Shown here piece after piece: positions 17,175 through 28,012 of a stretch of 48,680 nt of DNA (its first letter is position 1; every line of letters starts with the position of its first letter). The notes beneath the pieces were generated by a model that worked only from the letters and a program-made list of their open reading frames with translations, did no database searches and had not been told where the DNA came from. Source of the DNA: a bacterium (GTDB lineage Bacteria > Bdellovibrionota_B > Oligoflexia > Oligoflexales > CAIYRB01); contig OMIY01000368.1 in NCBI GenBank assembly GCA_900299215.1, positions 1 to 48,680 on the forward strand, given 5' to 3'. The position numbers were made by a program, and so were the translations under genes.

Positions 17175-18614
17175 TTAGATGCCTGCCCTTATCCCAGGCC
17201 CTTTTGCATCGGTTGGTTGACTGCTGATCTTGGCGTGGACTGCTTCCGGATAATTGCCGTTGAAGCATGCGGTACAAAAACGACCAGGCTCAGTATCACC
17301 TAATACCTGCCTCAAGCCATTGATACTCAGATAGGCCAAACTGTCGCAACCAATATAGGACCTTATGGCCTCAACATCTTTCTGGGCGGCAAGAAGTTTG
17401 CCCCGCTCGGGTGTGTCTACCCCATAAAAGCATGAATATGTAATTGGTGGAGAGCCAATTCTCATATGAATTCGCTTAGCTCCTGCTTGCTTGATCATCC
17501 TGATGATCTTGGCCGAGGTCGTGCCTCGGACGATAGAATCGTCGACCACAACCACACTCTTACCTTTGAGCACGCTCAAGACTGGATTCAGCTTAAGTCG
17601 AACGCCAAAGTCTCTGATCTCTTGAGCGGGCTGGATAAAGGTCCGCCCTACATAATGGTTCCGCACCAGACCAAGTTCGAAGGGAAGCCCGGAACCCTCA
17701 GAAAAACCGACCGCCATCGGCACGCCTGAATCTGGAACTGCGATGACGATATCTGCATCAGGTGCGGGAGCCTCTTCGGCTAGGACGCGGCCCATCCTGC
17801 GTCTGAGACTATAAATCTCGTCTCCAAAAATATGACTATCAGGACGAGCGAAATAGATCGGCTCAAAGGAACAGAAGGCCGTTTGACGCTTGGGCAACGG
17901 AAAGTGCGAGGTGATGCCTTCTGATGAAATCTCGACAACTTCACCTGGCTGAATTTCACGAACAAATGTCGCATCCATCAGATCAAGAGCGCAAGTTTCA
18001 CTAGCAACCATCCAACTATTTTGTCTTTTCCCAAGCACCAAGGGACGAAATCCGCATGCATCGCGAACGGCGAAAAGGCGCGATTGCGATTGGATAACCA
18101 TGGAGTATGCGCCATTAACCTTCGCCATTACAGTGAAGATGCGCTCGAGTATGGTCGGAGCCTCTGCTCTTGCAAGTAGGTGAACGAAGATTTCTGAATC
18201 AGACGTACTCTGAAATACGCTTCCCGATTGTTCAAGTTCCTGCCGGATCGCTGCGGCGTTTGTCAGGTTACCATTATGGGCAATAGCCAACGGCCCAAGC
18301 GATGTGCGGAAGTAAAACGGCTGCACGTTTTGAATAATGTGACCACCTTGGGTCGAGTATCGAACATGTCCAACCGCTGAGTCTCCCTTGAGTTCAGACA
18401 GTATTGATGGGTTGAAACTCTCCGCTACAAGGCCAAATGATTTATGCGCATTAAACTTAGGCTCACCACTTGCCGCGTCGAGTTCTAATGAGACTAAACC
18501 GCAACCTTCTTGGCCTCGGTGTTGCTGGGCAAACAAGCCAAGATAAACCATACTTGCGGCATCCGGATGACCCAGTACCCCAACGACCCCACATTCTTCG
18601 CGTATCGATTTCAT
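17175..18614 (-). CDS. purF: Amidophosphoribosyltransferase
   Basis: REECGVVG (propeptide then catalytic Cys), QHRGQ, GHVRYST, HNGNL, VDDSIVRGTT; Fe-S cysteines in CSFE, SCFYG and CTAC. Confidence 0.97.
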   Translation of the reverse strand: MKSIREECGVVGVLGHPDAASMVYLGLFAQQHRGQEGCGLVSLELDAASGEPKFNAHKSFGLVAESFNPSILSELKGDSAVGHVRYSTQGGHIIQNVQPFYFRTSLGPLAIAHNGNLTNAAAIRQELEQSGSVFQSTSDSEIFVHLLARAEAPTILERIFTVMAKVNGAYSMVIQSQSRLFAVRDACGFRPLVLGKRQNSWMVASETCALDLMDATFVREIQPGEVVEISSEGITSHFPLPKRQTAFCSFEPIYFARPDSHIFGDEIYSLRRRMGRVLAEEAPAPDADIVIAVPDSGVPMAVGFSEGSGLPFELGLVRNHYVGRTFIQPAQEIRDFGVRLKLNPVLSVLKGKSVVVVDDSIVRGTTSAKIIRMIKQAGAKRIHMRIGSPPITYSCFYGVDTPERGKLLAAQKDVEAIRSYIGCDSLAYLSINGLRQVLGDTEPGRFCTACFNGNYPEAVHAKISSQPTDAKGPGIRAGI

Positions 18615-18653
18615 GAGTGCCTCAGCGGCGTACTGATTAAAAGTGCCCCAAAA

Positions 18654-20978
18654 CTAGTTCAGGCTGGCTGTGAAAGCGTGCTTACATAAATGCACCGGAG
18701 TCGTCCAAGGGCCCCAGCTTACTTCTTTCGACGTAACAACGTGACCCGCCTGAACGATGGCGTTGTATCGCAAAGTTGCCGCTAATTGCAATGCCTTAGC
18801 CTTAGCCTCAGCTTCTGATTTGATTGCGAGCAAGTAACAACCGCCAACCTCTGCAAGGTAGCGCTCAATTTCTGAAAGCCCTGCAAGCTCTTTGGCCTGT
18901 AGACTTAGGTTTAAACCCAAACCAGACTTGGCAATCATCTTCACAGCGGTGGTGATAATTCCGCCGTCTCCAACATCGCGACAGGCACTGACCAGACCTT
19001 CACCTATCAAAGTCCGGAGGTAATCCATCGATTCTTTTTCCGCCTGCCAGTCAATCTCCGGTGCCTTTCCGCCACGAAGCGGCTGATCCAAAAGCTTAGC
19101 AGCTAGTGACCCACCAAACTCAGGTTTTACCGTCTTTGGGTAGAGTAGGTAGAGTGTCGTCGGCTGATTTACCACCGCTGTTGGACTGAGCCGTACATCA
19201 CTGATTTTTCCGACCATGCCAATCATCGGTGTCGGAGCAATGCTTTCACCATCAGTCTCGTTATAAAGACTAACGTTTCCACTGACCACAGGCACCGAAA
19301 GCTCGTTACATGCCTTACTTATCCCGTCTACGCCGGCCGAGAAGTCGGCCATAACCGAAGGATCCTCAGGATTGCCGTAGTTAAGACAGTCCGTGATCGC
19401 CAGTGGTCTGCCACCTGCTGCTGCCACAGCCCGCGCTGCTTATAACACTGCATGGGCTCCCCCATAGAAGGCGTCAAGTCGATTATAGCGCTCATTGCAT
19501 GATGCCACGGTGATCATACCAAGATAGGGCTCGCTAGGGTCCGCCCACTCCGATCGTACCCACAAGGCTGCGGCGCCCTGATCTTCAGGACCGTGAACAG
19601 TTTGTGTTCCGATGTGCTGATCGTACTGACGGTAAACCGCTTCTTTATCACCAGTATCCCGTAAGGCCGCTAATAATAGCGCTTCCGGGCCTCGCTGCGT
19701 CACCGCCTCTAGGACCTTTTTATTGAATGCATCACTATTTTGATCGAGTTTTTCTCGCGGAAGCATCGGACGCTCGTATTTCGGTGCGGCGTCTGTCATT
19801 GGAGCTACAGGCACATCGACTTCCAAACTGCCTTTATGGTGAATCTGAACGCGTCCAGTGTTCGTAACCACACCGATAATTGTGCAAGCGAGCTGCCATT
19901 TGTCGAGTACAGCTTTAAGTTCATTCCACCTATGTGGTTCGATTACCATCAGCATGCGCTCTTGAGATTCTGATAACAATAACTCGTAAGCAGACATCGC
20001 TGTTGTTCTGACCGGTACATGATCAAGATCCATGTAGAGGCCATTACCGGCTCTACCAGCCATTTCAAAAGATGACGAGGTAAGTCCGGCAGCGCCCATA
20101 TCTTGAAGACCTACAACTAGGCCTTTTTCCAGAACGTCAAGAGTCGCTTCTAGAAGAAGTTTTTCGGTAAATGGGTCTCCCACTTGAACAGTACTGCGCT
20201 CGTTCGACTCACTAGTCGCAAAGGAACCCGAAGCCATGGACGCGCCGTGAATGCCGTCACGACCTGTTGCCGATCCCAAGTACACGACCAAATTGCCCTG
20301 GCCACTGGCATATCCCTTGAAAATCCGATCTTCGTGGATAACTCCCACAGTCATCGCATTTACCAGACAGTTGCCATTGTAGGAGGCATCGAATGAAATA
20401 TTGCCTGCAACTGTGGGAATACCGACGCAGTTGCCGTAATCACCAATCCCTTTGACGACATTCTCGACCAAGTATGGGGTTCGTTTGTGACTACGCAGTC
20501 CAAATCGCAAGGCATTGAGATTGGCAATAGGCCTAGCACCCATGCAAAACACATCCCGCAGGATTCCACCAACTCCGGTGGCAGCACCTTGGTATGGCTC
20601 AATGTAACTGGGGTGATTATGACTCTCCATTTTAAAGGCAAGACACAATTTACCGGAAAGCCGCACAACACCCGCATTCTCCCCGGGCCCAACAACTACA
20701 TCGGGCCCCTCTGTAGGAAACCGCTTTAGGTGAACTCTTGAAGATTTATAGCTGCAATGCTCACTCCACATGGCTGAGAAAATGCCGAGCTCAGCCATGG
20801 TCGGGCACCTACCAAGGATGTCCAAGATCTTGGCATATTCTTCGGAGCTTAATTTATGTTTCTTCAAAAGCGCTGTGAATGCCGCACCAGGAGCGTCATC
20901 AATCAGCGCGGGTCGTGGAAGCTTGGTCAATTCAGGAACGGAAAAAGTGGAGTTCATCTCGCCCTCGGAGTGGATCAC
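18654..20978 (-). pseudogene. purL: Phosphoribosylformylglycinamidine synthase PurL (small type) interrupted by one in-frame TAA at 19440-19442; true nonsense allele or sequencing error
   Basis: ORF 19440-20978 (WSEHCSYKS, ESHNHPS, QDMGAAGL, SESQERM) and ORF 18654-19427 (TDCLNYGNP, SGNVSLYN) are in the same frame: GCA GTG TTA TAA GCA GCG CGG GCT GTG. Confidence 0.85.
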
Positions 20979-21691
20979 ATAAACGATGAAAGGAAGCTCT
21001 CCAGGATGGCCAAACCGTCAGCGCTCCCGCCCACAAGCAAATCCGTGGCACGCTCAGGATGTGGCATGAGGCCTAGAACTCGACCATTTTCGCTCACAAT
21101 TCCAGCGATATTGTCACGCGTACCATTCGGGTTAGCCTCAGCGCTCGCTGCGCCCGATTGGTCGACATAACGAAATGCCACCTGGCCATGGTCTTGCAGG
21201 CGTCGGAGTCCGTCGTCATCAATGAAGTACCGACCCTCCCCATGTGCAATCGGCATTCTAAGTCGACGACCAGCAAGTGAGCGGCCGTATACAGATCCGC
21301 CAGATCCAGCCAACAGATCAACCTGCTTGCATATAAATTTTCGACTCTGGTTGCGGAGTAGCGCTCCAGGCAGTAAGTGGGACTCCGTTAAAATTTGGAA
21401 GCCATTGCAAATTCCAAGTGCAGGCCCCCCGTTGGCCACAAAGTTTTTAACCGCAACCATGATGGGTGAATGCGCTGCTAAAGCGCCGCTACGTAAATAA
21501 TCACCGTAGCTAAAACCACCAGGAAGAAGCACTGCATCTAATTTTGGTAACGTGCGTTCGGAATGCCAAACAGCTTGCAGCTTGATTCCGAAGTGACGCG
21601 AGAATGCATCTAAGCAGTCTCTATCACAATTTGAACCAGGAAAGTCGATGAGGCCAATCCGCGGTGCGCCAGTGGAAGTGAACCTTTTCAT
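20975..21691 (-). CDS. purQ: FGAM synthase glutaminase subunit PurQ
   Basis: [43 protein letters not shown]; start placed at ATG 21691, just after the purS stop. Confidence 0.96.
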   Translation of the reverse strand: MKRFTSTGAPRIGLIDFPGSNCDRDCLDAFSRHFGIKLQAVWHSERTLPKLDAVLLPGGFSYGDYLRSGALAAHSPIMVAVKNFVANGGPALGICNGFQILTESHLLPGALLRNQSRKFICKQVDLLAGSGGSVYGRSLAGRRLRMPIAHGEGRYFIDDDGLRRLQDHGQVAFRYVDQSGAASAEANPNGTRDNIAGIVSENGRVLGLMPHPERATDLLVGGSADGLAILESFLSSFM

Positions 21692-21695
21692 GGCG

Positions 21696-21959
21696 TTACA
21701 ACTTTCTGACTTGGAAGGTCTCTGAGACCGGATTTGCCAGAAATTCACGGGCCACAGCCTCGGCAAGGGAAGCCCCTTGACCTGACTGGTCATCAACGGT
21801 CAGGATATAGCGCTTGCTTACTTGTACCGCTTTGACACCTTCGTAGCCAATGCGCGTAAGTGTCTCTTGGATCGCCCGAGCCTCAGGATCAAGAACTTCC
21901 GGCTTTAACCGCACCACTACTTCGAATTCAGAACCACCAGGCGAACCAACCGAGGCCAT
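21696..21959 (-). CDS. purS: FGAM synthase subunit PurS
   Basis: VRLKPEVLDPE...LANPVSE; located upstream of purQ. Confidence 0.93.
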   Translation of the reverse strand: MASVGSPGGSEFEVVVRLKPEVLDPEARAIQETLTRIGYEGVKAVQVSKRYILTVDDQSGQGASLAEAVAREFLANPVSETFQVRKL

Positions 21960-21974
21960 GCTAACCCTTCCGCA

Positions 21975-22754
21975 TCAATCCTCGCCGCCGCCAGCCTTCT
22001 TCTCCGGTCCTGAGCCGCAAATCGAGGCGTTTAGATAATCCCTATTCATACGTGCTATGAATCGAACGCTAATCTCTTTCGGGCAAACTGCTTCGCACTC
22101 ATACTGATTGGTACAGTTTCCAAAGCCCTCTTTGTCCATCTGTTGGACCATATTGAGTGCTCGACGCTGACGCTCCGGTTGACCTTGAGGAAGCAAACCC
22201 AGGTGCGAAACTTTTGCTGAGGTGAAGAGCATTGCTGACGCATTCTTACATGCTGCCACGCAAGCTCCGCAGCCTATACACTGCGCAGCGTCCATCGCCT
22301 GGTCTGCAGTATCCTTTGGTACAGGCAGGCAGTTCGCGTCTTGCGCTCCACCAGCATTTACCGAAACATATCCGCCAGCTTGGATTATCCGATCAAAGGC
22401 CGACCGGTCAACAACAAGATCTTTAATAATTGGGAATGCTTTAGCACGCCATGGCTCGATGTAGATTTCATCGCCGTCTTTGAACGTACGCATATGCAAC
22501 TGACAGGTCGTCGTTGCCTTTTGCGGACCATGCGCAACACCGTTGATCATCAGTGAGCAGGAGCCGCAGATGCCTTCGCGACAGTCATGCTCGAATGCAA
22601 TCGGCTCCTCACCTTTTGCGATCAAGTCCTCATTGACAACATCGAGCATTTCCAAAAAGGACATGTGGGGACTGACGTTTGGGGCGTCATAAGTCACCAT
22701 TTTCCCTTGGGTCTTCGCGTTTTTCTGGCGCCAAACATGCAATTTAAGCTTCAT
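21975..22754 (-). CDS. sdhB: Succinate dehydrogenase/fumarate reductase iron-sulfur subunit
   Basis: [32 protein letters not shown]. Confidence 0.95.
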   Translation of the reverse strand: MKLKLHVWRQKNAKTQGKMVTYDAPNVSPHMSFLEMLDVVNEDLIAKGEEPIAFEHDCREGICGSCSLMINGVAHGPQKATTTCQLHMRTFKDGDEIYIEPWRAKAFPIIKDLVVDRSAFDRIIQAGGYVSVNAGGAQDANCLPVPKDTADQAMDAAQCIGCGACVAACKNASAMLFTSAKVSHLGLLPQGQPERQRRALNMVQQMDKEGFGNCTNQYECEAVCPKEISVRFIARMNRDYLNASICGSGPEKKAGGGED

Positions 22755-24667
22755 TATTTGTAGCTCCTTGTCGCGAGCTTGATGTTTTCATACACCAAAG
22801 GTTCCACATGCCGCTTTGGCGCCTTGCCCTCACCTTGGTATTCCCAAACTGCGGCATGGGCGAAATTCGCATCGTCGCGTTTTGCTTCGCCCTCTGTCTG
22901 ATACTCCTCACGGAAGTGACCACCGCAAGACTCTTCGCGCGTTAAGGCATCAGCACACATAAGCTCACCAAACTCTAGAAAGTCGGCGACTCTGCCCGCT
23001 TTTTCAAGAGATTGATTCAGACTCTCTCCCTCACCCAAAACGCGGACGTTTTGCCAAAACTCCTCACGCAAGGCCGGGATCTTAGCCAATGCTTCAGTGA
23101 GGCCAGCGCGATTACGTGCCATTCCACACTTATCCCACATGATCTTGCCTAGCTCCTTGTGGAAGCTATCGACAGTTCTCTTTCCGTTGATTGCAAGCAT
23201 CTTTGCTGTCTTGTCTTTGACGGCTGTCTCAGCCTCTTTAAAGGCTTCACCTGATGCAGCCACAGGGTCGCGGCTAACACCCGCTAGGTAGTTACTAATG
23301 GTGTAAGGAAGAATGAAATAACCATCAGCAAGCCCCTGCATCAAGGCGCTTGCACCTAATCGGTTTGCCCCGTGGTCAGAGAAGTTGGCTTCACCGATAA
23401 CGAATAATCCAGGAACCGTACTCTCAAGATTGTAATCAACCCAGAGTCCACCCATGGTGTAATGGACCGCTGGATAAATCCGCATCGGGACCTTGTATGG
23501 GTCCTCTCCGGTGATTCGCTCGTACATTTGAAACAGGTTGCCGTACCTTTGAGAGATGGTATCGGCACCTAAACGCTGAATCGAATCACGAAAATCAAGG
23601 TAAACCCCGAGACCATGCTCGCCGACCCCACGGCCTTCGTCGCAAGCCTCTTTAGCGGACCTTGAAGCAATGTCACGAGGAGCCAGGTTGCCGTAGCTGG
23701 GATATTTACGCTCTAAGTAGTAGTCTCGCTCCTGCTCAGGGATTTGCTCAGGTGAACGTTTGTCGCCGGAACTCTTCGGCGCCCAAACACGTCCATCGTT
23801 ACGTAACGATTCAGACATCAATGTGAGCTTGCTTTGATAATCTCCACTGACCGGAATACATGTCGGGTGAATTTGCGTAAAACAGGGGTTGCCGAATCCT
23901 GCACCACGCTTGAAGGCTCTGTATGTTGCGGTAACATTCGAACCTTTGGCATTCGTCGAAAGGTAAAATACGTTGCCGTACCCACCGCTAGCAAGCACCA
24001 CAGCGTGAGCTGCATGACTTTCAATTTTGCCACTAACCAAATCGCGAACAACGATGCCGCTAGCCTTGCCGTCCTTGACTACCAAGTCTAGCATTTCTGT
24101 CCTTGGAAACATTTTGACTTTGCCTGCCGCGATCTGCCTTTCAAGGGATTGGTAGGCACCAAGTAGCAGCTGTTGTCCAGTTTGTCCTCGAGCGTAGAAC
24201 GTTCTTGATACTTGAGCTCCGCCGAATGACCGATTTGCAAGTAGCCCACCATACTCACGGGCAAAAGGGACTCCTTGAGCCACGCACTGGTCGATGATAT
24301 TTCGGCTGACTTCCGCTAAACGGTAAACATTTGCCTCGCGAGAGCGAAAATCGCCGCCTTTGATCGTGTCGTAAAATAGGCGGTAAACACTATCACCGTC
24401 GCCTTGGTAATTCTTAGCCGCGTTGATACCGCCCTGCGCTGCAATAGAATGAGCCCGTCTGGGACTATCCTGAAAGCAAAAGCAAAGCACGTTGTATCCA
24501 AGTTCTGCCAAAGTGGCTGCCGCCGACCCACCAGCTAAGCCCGTTCCGACCACGATTACTGTATATTTGCGCTTGTTAGCTGGGTTTACGAGCTTGGCAT
24601 TACCCTTGTAACTAGTCCATTTGTCGGCCAATGGGCCGGATGGGATCTTGGGATCGAGATTCATCAT
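22754..24667 (-). CDS. sdhA: Succinate dehydrogenase/fumarate reductase flavoprotein subunit
   Basis: [18 protein letters not shown] (covalent FAD His), [30 protein letters not shown]. Confidence 0.96.
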   Translation of the reverse strand: MMNLDPKIPSGPLADKWTSYKGNAKLVNPANKRKYTVIVVGTGLAGGSAAATLAELGYNVLCFCFQDSPRRAHSIAAQGGINAAKNYQGDGDSVYRLFYDTIKGGDFRSREANVYRLAEVSRNIIDQCVAQGVPFAREYGGLLANRSFGGAQVSRTFYARGQTGQQLLLGAYQSLERQIAAGKVKMFPRTEMLDLVVKDGKASGIVVRDLVSGKIESHAAHAVVLASGGYGNVFYLSTNAKGSNVTATYRAFKRGAGFGNPCFTQIHPTCIPVSGDYQSKLTLMSESLRNDGRVWAPKSSGDKRSPEQIPEQERDYYLERKYPSYGNLAPRDIASRSAKEACDEGRGVGEHGLGVYLDFRDSIQRLGADTISQRYGNLFQMYERITGEDPYKVPMRIYPAVHYTMGGLWVDYNLESTVPGLFVIGEANFSDHGANRLGASALMQGLADGYFILPYTISNYLAGVSRDPVAASGEAFKEAETAVKDKTAKMLAINGKRTVDSFHKELGKIMWDKCGMARNRAGLTEALAKIPALREEFWQNVRVLGEGESLNQSLEKAGRVADFLEFGELMCADALTREESCGGHFREEYQTEGEAKRDDANFAHAAVWEYQGEGKAPKRHVEPLVYENIKLATRSYK

Positions 24668-24682
24668 CGCCTCACTGTTGAA

Positions 24683-25339
24683 TTATTGCACTAGGCCGAA
24701 CAGCACAGAGACAGGAATACTAGAAAAACCTAACGCTAAGACCACTCCCAATATTGGGCCAATCGCTCTGATTATTGGATTATATTTGGGGTGATTGAGA
24801 CCCAAAGTTTGGAACAGGCTTGTCACACCGTGTGATAAATGAGCCCCAAGCAAGACCATCCCGACTATATAACTCAACGAGACCATTGGGCTTCGGAAAG
24901 AGCTAATCAACATCGTATAAACGTCGAGCTGCGCAAACTCAGGGTTGGTGACACGAAATGTTAAATGGGCTAAGTGGTACACAATATAACTTAAAAGCAC
25001 GAGACCGCTCAGCACCATGGAACGCGAAGTTGGCTTGGCTTTGGTGTAGGTCTTCTTCACGTAAGCTACAGGCCTTGCATCTTTGTTGTGAAGATTTAGT
25101 TTTATGGTGAAAAAAATATGTAGGCCAACCATGGCTAAAAGACCAATACGGGCTACCCAAAGTAAGGCCCCCTTGCTGTGTAGCCACTCGGAGTAGCCAT
25201 TGATCGCATCCCTGCCGGCGAACACAAGTAGGTTGCCTGACAAGTGCGCTACAACGAACCCAACCATAGCTAAACCGGTGAGAGCGACTGCTGATTTAGC
25301 CCCAATTGATGACTGTGCAAATTGCTTAAACCAGGACAT
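24683..25339 (-). CDS. sdhC: Succinate dehydrogenase cytochrome b membrane anchor (single-subunit type)
   Basis: About five TM helices with His residues (AHLSGN, LHIFF, YHLAH, AHLSHG); first gene of sdhCAB. Start is ATG 25339 or TTG 25345. Confidence 0.9.
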   Translation of the reverse strand: MSWFKQFAQSSIGAKSAVALTGLAMVGFVVAHLSGNLLVFAGRDAINGYSEWLHSKGALLWVARIGLLAMVGLHIFFTIKLNLHNKDARPVAYVKKTYTKAKPTSRSMVLSGLVLLSYIVYHLAHLTFRVTNPEFAQLDVYTMLISSFRSPMVSLSYIVGMVLLGAHLSHGVTSLFQTLGLNHPKYNPIIRAIGPILGVVLALGFSSIPVSVLFGLVQ

Positions 25340-25417
25340 CTTCAACCCCTGCGGAGAAATCTGCCACCAAAATCAAACTTTATAAGACTATGATACCGCA
25401 TCTTCGTGTGCGGCGTT

Positions 25418-28012
25418 CTACTGATCGGGACCCACAGTAACATCAACGGATTTATTGGCAACAAATAGCCGTTCAGCAACTCGCCGCACGTCTGCCGCGG
25501 TGACCTTGCTGATGGCTCTCGGATAGACCAAGAAGTCGTCGAAGCCAAAGCCGTAGAGTTCCATCAACGCCATGGTGCTAGTCTGAGCGTCACTTTTTTG
25601 CAAGCCCATCTCATGAGAGCCGATAATATAATTTTGGGCGCGCTCGACTTCTGTTAAGGCAGGCTCTTTTGCCACAAGTTTTTCGAACTCAAGCTTGAGC
25701 GCGGAAATAGCGCGATCGCGTTTTTCAGGTGCACACGCGATGTAAGCTCCGACTAGTCCTGGGTCGCATCCATAACTTACCAGTGGGCTTACGCTATACG
25801 CCAGACTTTGCTTGTCTCTTAGCTCGCGGAATAGTCTCCCGCCATGACCACCCAGTATAGTTGTTAGTACGTCTAAGGCGGCTCTGTCCTTGTCGTCCCA
25901 AGTCAAGCCTCTGAAGCCGTATGCTAAGTGAACCTGCTCTCTGGCTTTTTTGATGGTCTCACTGCCAAAGCTACTGGTTCCAAGGCTCTCGGAGGTTGAA
26001 AACTTGCGTCTGGCGGCTAGCGGACGAAAGCCAGCCAGCGCCGTTGATAACAGCTTTTCAACTTTGGCTGTTTGCAAATTCGAGGCAACGGCAATTACCC
26101 AGGGACCGGCCTCGAGCATCTCTTTATACGCACCGACCAAGTCGGTTAGTTCGAATTGAGACACAGTATCCAAGGTTCCGGTGACCGGATACCTGTATGG
26201 ATGTTGACCAAATAGTCGTTCCTGAAACTTCCTGACACAAACACTGCTCGGCGAATCTGTTTGGGCAATCAAGCCCTGGATGATTTCGCGCTTCGTCGAA
26301 ACCCACTGCTGCTCTGGGAACACCGGTCTTAGGAGGGCTTCGCGGAAAAGCTCGAGCATCCGCTCTGTGTGATCGGATAGGCACTGCATATGCAGTCCAG
26401 CGGAATCCTTGCCACTAAAGCCTTCGAGGCTAGCCCCTAAGCCCTCAACTTCATTTACCAGCGTCTCGAAATCGTTGGCCTCGCTGGCCATTCCAACCAT
26501 TGAGAATATGGCGTTATATAGTCCCGCTGTCGCCGCACCCTCTGCCCGAAGACCGCCTTCAGATGCAGCTGTCAGAGTAAAGAGCTCGACGTTTGGATTG
26601 GAGCGGTGAATCAGTTTTATGCCGTCAGCGATCTGAACGATCTCGGCGTCCTTTTTTGCAACCGCTCCCTTTTTGGTCGTAGCTAGTAGAATCTCACCAC
26701 ATGAAGAGCTAAGGCCGACCTTACTTCCAGAACGAAATTGTTCTCGAAGCTCTGACTCACTTACCTCCATGGCCTCAGGCAACAGAGCCACAATCGCCGC
26801 TTCCTCTGGTTTTAGCCACCGTTTAACAGCGCCTTTCACCGCCGTTTCCGGCATGTGATTAATCAAAGCGGTATAGACATCATCATGGAGCAATTTATGC
26901 GACGTTCTCAAACCAAAACCAATGGATCGGGCTTGTCCATCTACCGTTTCTTCTTGGTAAATTCGATCGGATTTGAGATTTGCCCGAGTGCGTTGCAATT
27001 CGCTTCCGGTCACTGGCTCAGCATTTGCGAGAAGCGACACCTCGCGCGCAATGGCAGCAACAGCTGCTGAGAGTGACTCTGGCGCCATCAAAGCGCTGAT
27101 TTCAAAAATCCCGCCAAATAGCGGGGAATAAACGGAGGCGCTCACACTGGAGACAACGCCTTCATCATCACGTAGGCGACGGTTCAACCGGCTCATTTCG
27201 CCAGCACCGAGCGCAAATGCCGCAACATCCAAGGCACTGCTATCAATATGTTCCAAGGACGGAGCTGGATAAACCACTGCCAACCTCGGCTGCTGATAGT
27301 CACCGCGGACAATCGATACGCGCGGCCAATCTTTGGTTGGTTCTGGTCGCACCGGGGCACGAGGTTGGGATTGTTCGAACGATGCCTTAGATAGAGAGCC
27401 AAACCTGGCCTTAATTTGCGCCAGCATTTGCGAGCCATCAAAAGAACCGGTAGCTACGATTTTGCAATTGTTGGCTTGATACCATTTTTTGTAAAAGTTA
27501 ACCAACTGCTCACGGGAGAAGCTAGCCACACTTGCTTCTGAACCAATAATTGGGCGACCAGCTTCAGATCCGGCGAACATTAATTCAAACACTCGCCGAC
27601 CTAAGATTGCTCCCGGGCTATCATTAGATCGCCTGATTTCCTCAAGTATGACTTCTCGCTCGCGCTCAACTTCGGCTTCATCAAGCTGGCTGTGAGCGAA
27701 AGCATCAAAAAGTAGGTCTACCCCCAAGTTGGCGTACTCAGCGGCTAGAGTCAGATGAAATACAGTCTGGTCAAAAGTTGTGTATGCGTTGATTTCGCCC
27801 CCGCAAGCCTCGACTGTTGCAGCGATCTCGCCCACACCACGTGTTTCCGTTCCCTTGAACAGCATGTGTTCAAGGAAATGCGCCATGCCTCGCTCGTCAG
27901 GAGCTTCTTGCATAGAGCCAACGCCAACCCAAATTTGAATAGCAACCACCGGCGTAAAGTGGTTCTCTTTGACGACAACCTCAACACCGTTTGGGAGCAT
28001 TTCGTGAATCAT
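25418..28012 (-). CDS. M16 (insulinase/pitrilysin) zinc peptidase, fused two-module form
   Basis: HFLEH (HxxEH), INAYTTFD and EREVILEE in the N-half; the C-half lacks the Zn motif but has RLFRELRDKQSLAY. Confidence 0.93.
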   Translation of the reverse strand: MIHEMLPNGVEVVVKENHFTPVVAIQIWVGVGSMQEAPDERGMAHFLEHMLFKGTETRGVGEIAATVEACGGEINAYTTFDQTVFHLTLAAEYANLGVDLLFDAFAHSQLDEAEVEREREVILEEIRRSNDSPGAILGRRVFELMFAGSEAGRPIIGSEASVASFSREQLVNFYKKWYQANNCKIVATGSFDGSQMLAQIKARFGSLSKASFEQSQPRAPVRPEPTKDWPRVSIVRGDYQQPRLAVVYPAPSLEHIDSSALDVAAFALGAGEMSRLNRRLRDDEGVVSSVSASVYSPLFGGIFEISALMAPESLSAAVAAIAREVSLLANAEPVTGSELQRTRANLKSDRIYQEETVDGQARSIGFGLRTSHKLLHDDVYTALINHMPETAVKGAVKRWLKPEEAAIVALLPEAMEVSESELREQFRSGSKVGLSSSCGEILLATTKKGAVAKKDAEIVQIADGIKLIHRSNPNVELFTLTAASEGGLRAEGAATAGLYNAIFSMVGMASEANDFETLVNEVEGLGASLEGFSGKDSAGLHMQCLSDHTERMLELFREALLRPVFPEQQWVSTKREIIQGLIAQTDSPSSVCVRKFQERLFGQHPYRYPVTGTLDTVSQFELTDLVGAYKEMLEAGPWVIAVASNLQTAKVEKLLSTALAGFRPLAARRKFSTSESLGTSSFGSETIKKAREQVHLAYGFRGLTWDDKDRAALDVLTTILGGHGGRLFRELRDKQSLAYSVSPLVSYGCDPGLVGAYIACAPEKRDRAISALKLEFEKLVAKEPALTEVERAQNYIIGSHEMGLQKSDAQTSTMALMELYGFGFDDFLVYPRAISKVTAADVRRVAERLFVANKSVDVTVGPDQ

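Noticed and set aside
18654-20978. Stop-codon reassignment, selenocysteine/pyrrolysine or programmed frameshift as the explanation of split purL
   Set aside because: The codon is TAA, not TGA or TAG; both halves are in the same frame; and TAA terminates many other genes in the window.
21692-21796. N-terminal extension of purQ overlapping purS
   Set aside because: The region is purS coding sequence; ATG 21691 gives a normal-length PurQ.
25350-25370. Sigma54-like TGGCAG...GC upstream of sdhC (minus strand)
   Set aside because: The GG-to-GC spacing is 11 rather than the required 10 nt, and the -12 element lacks TTGC.
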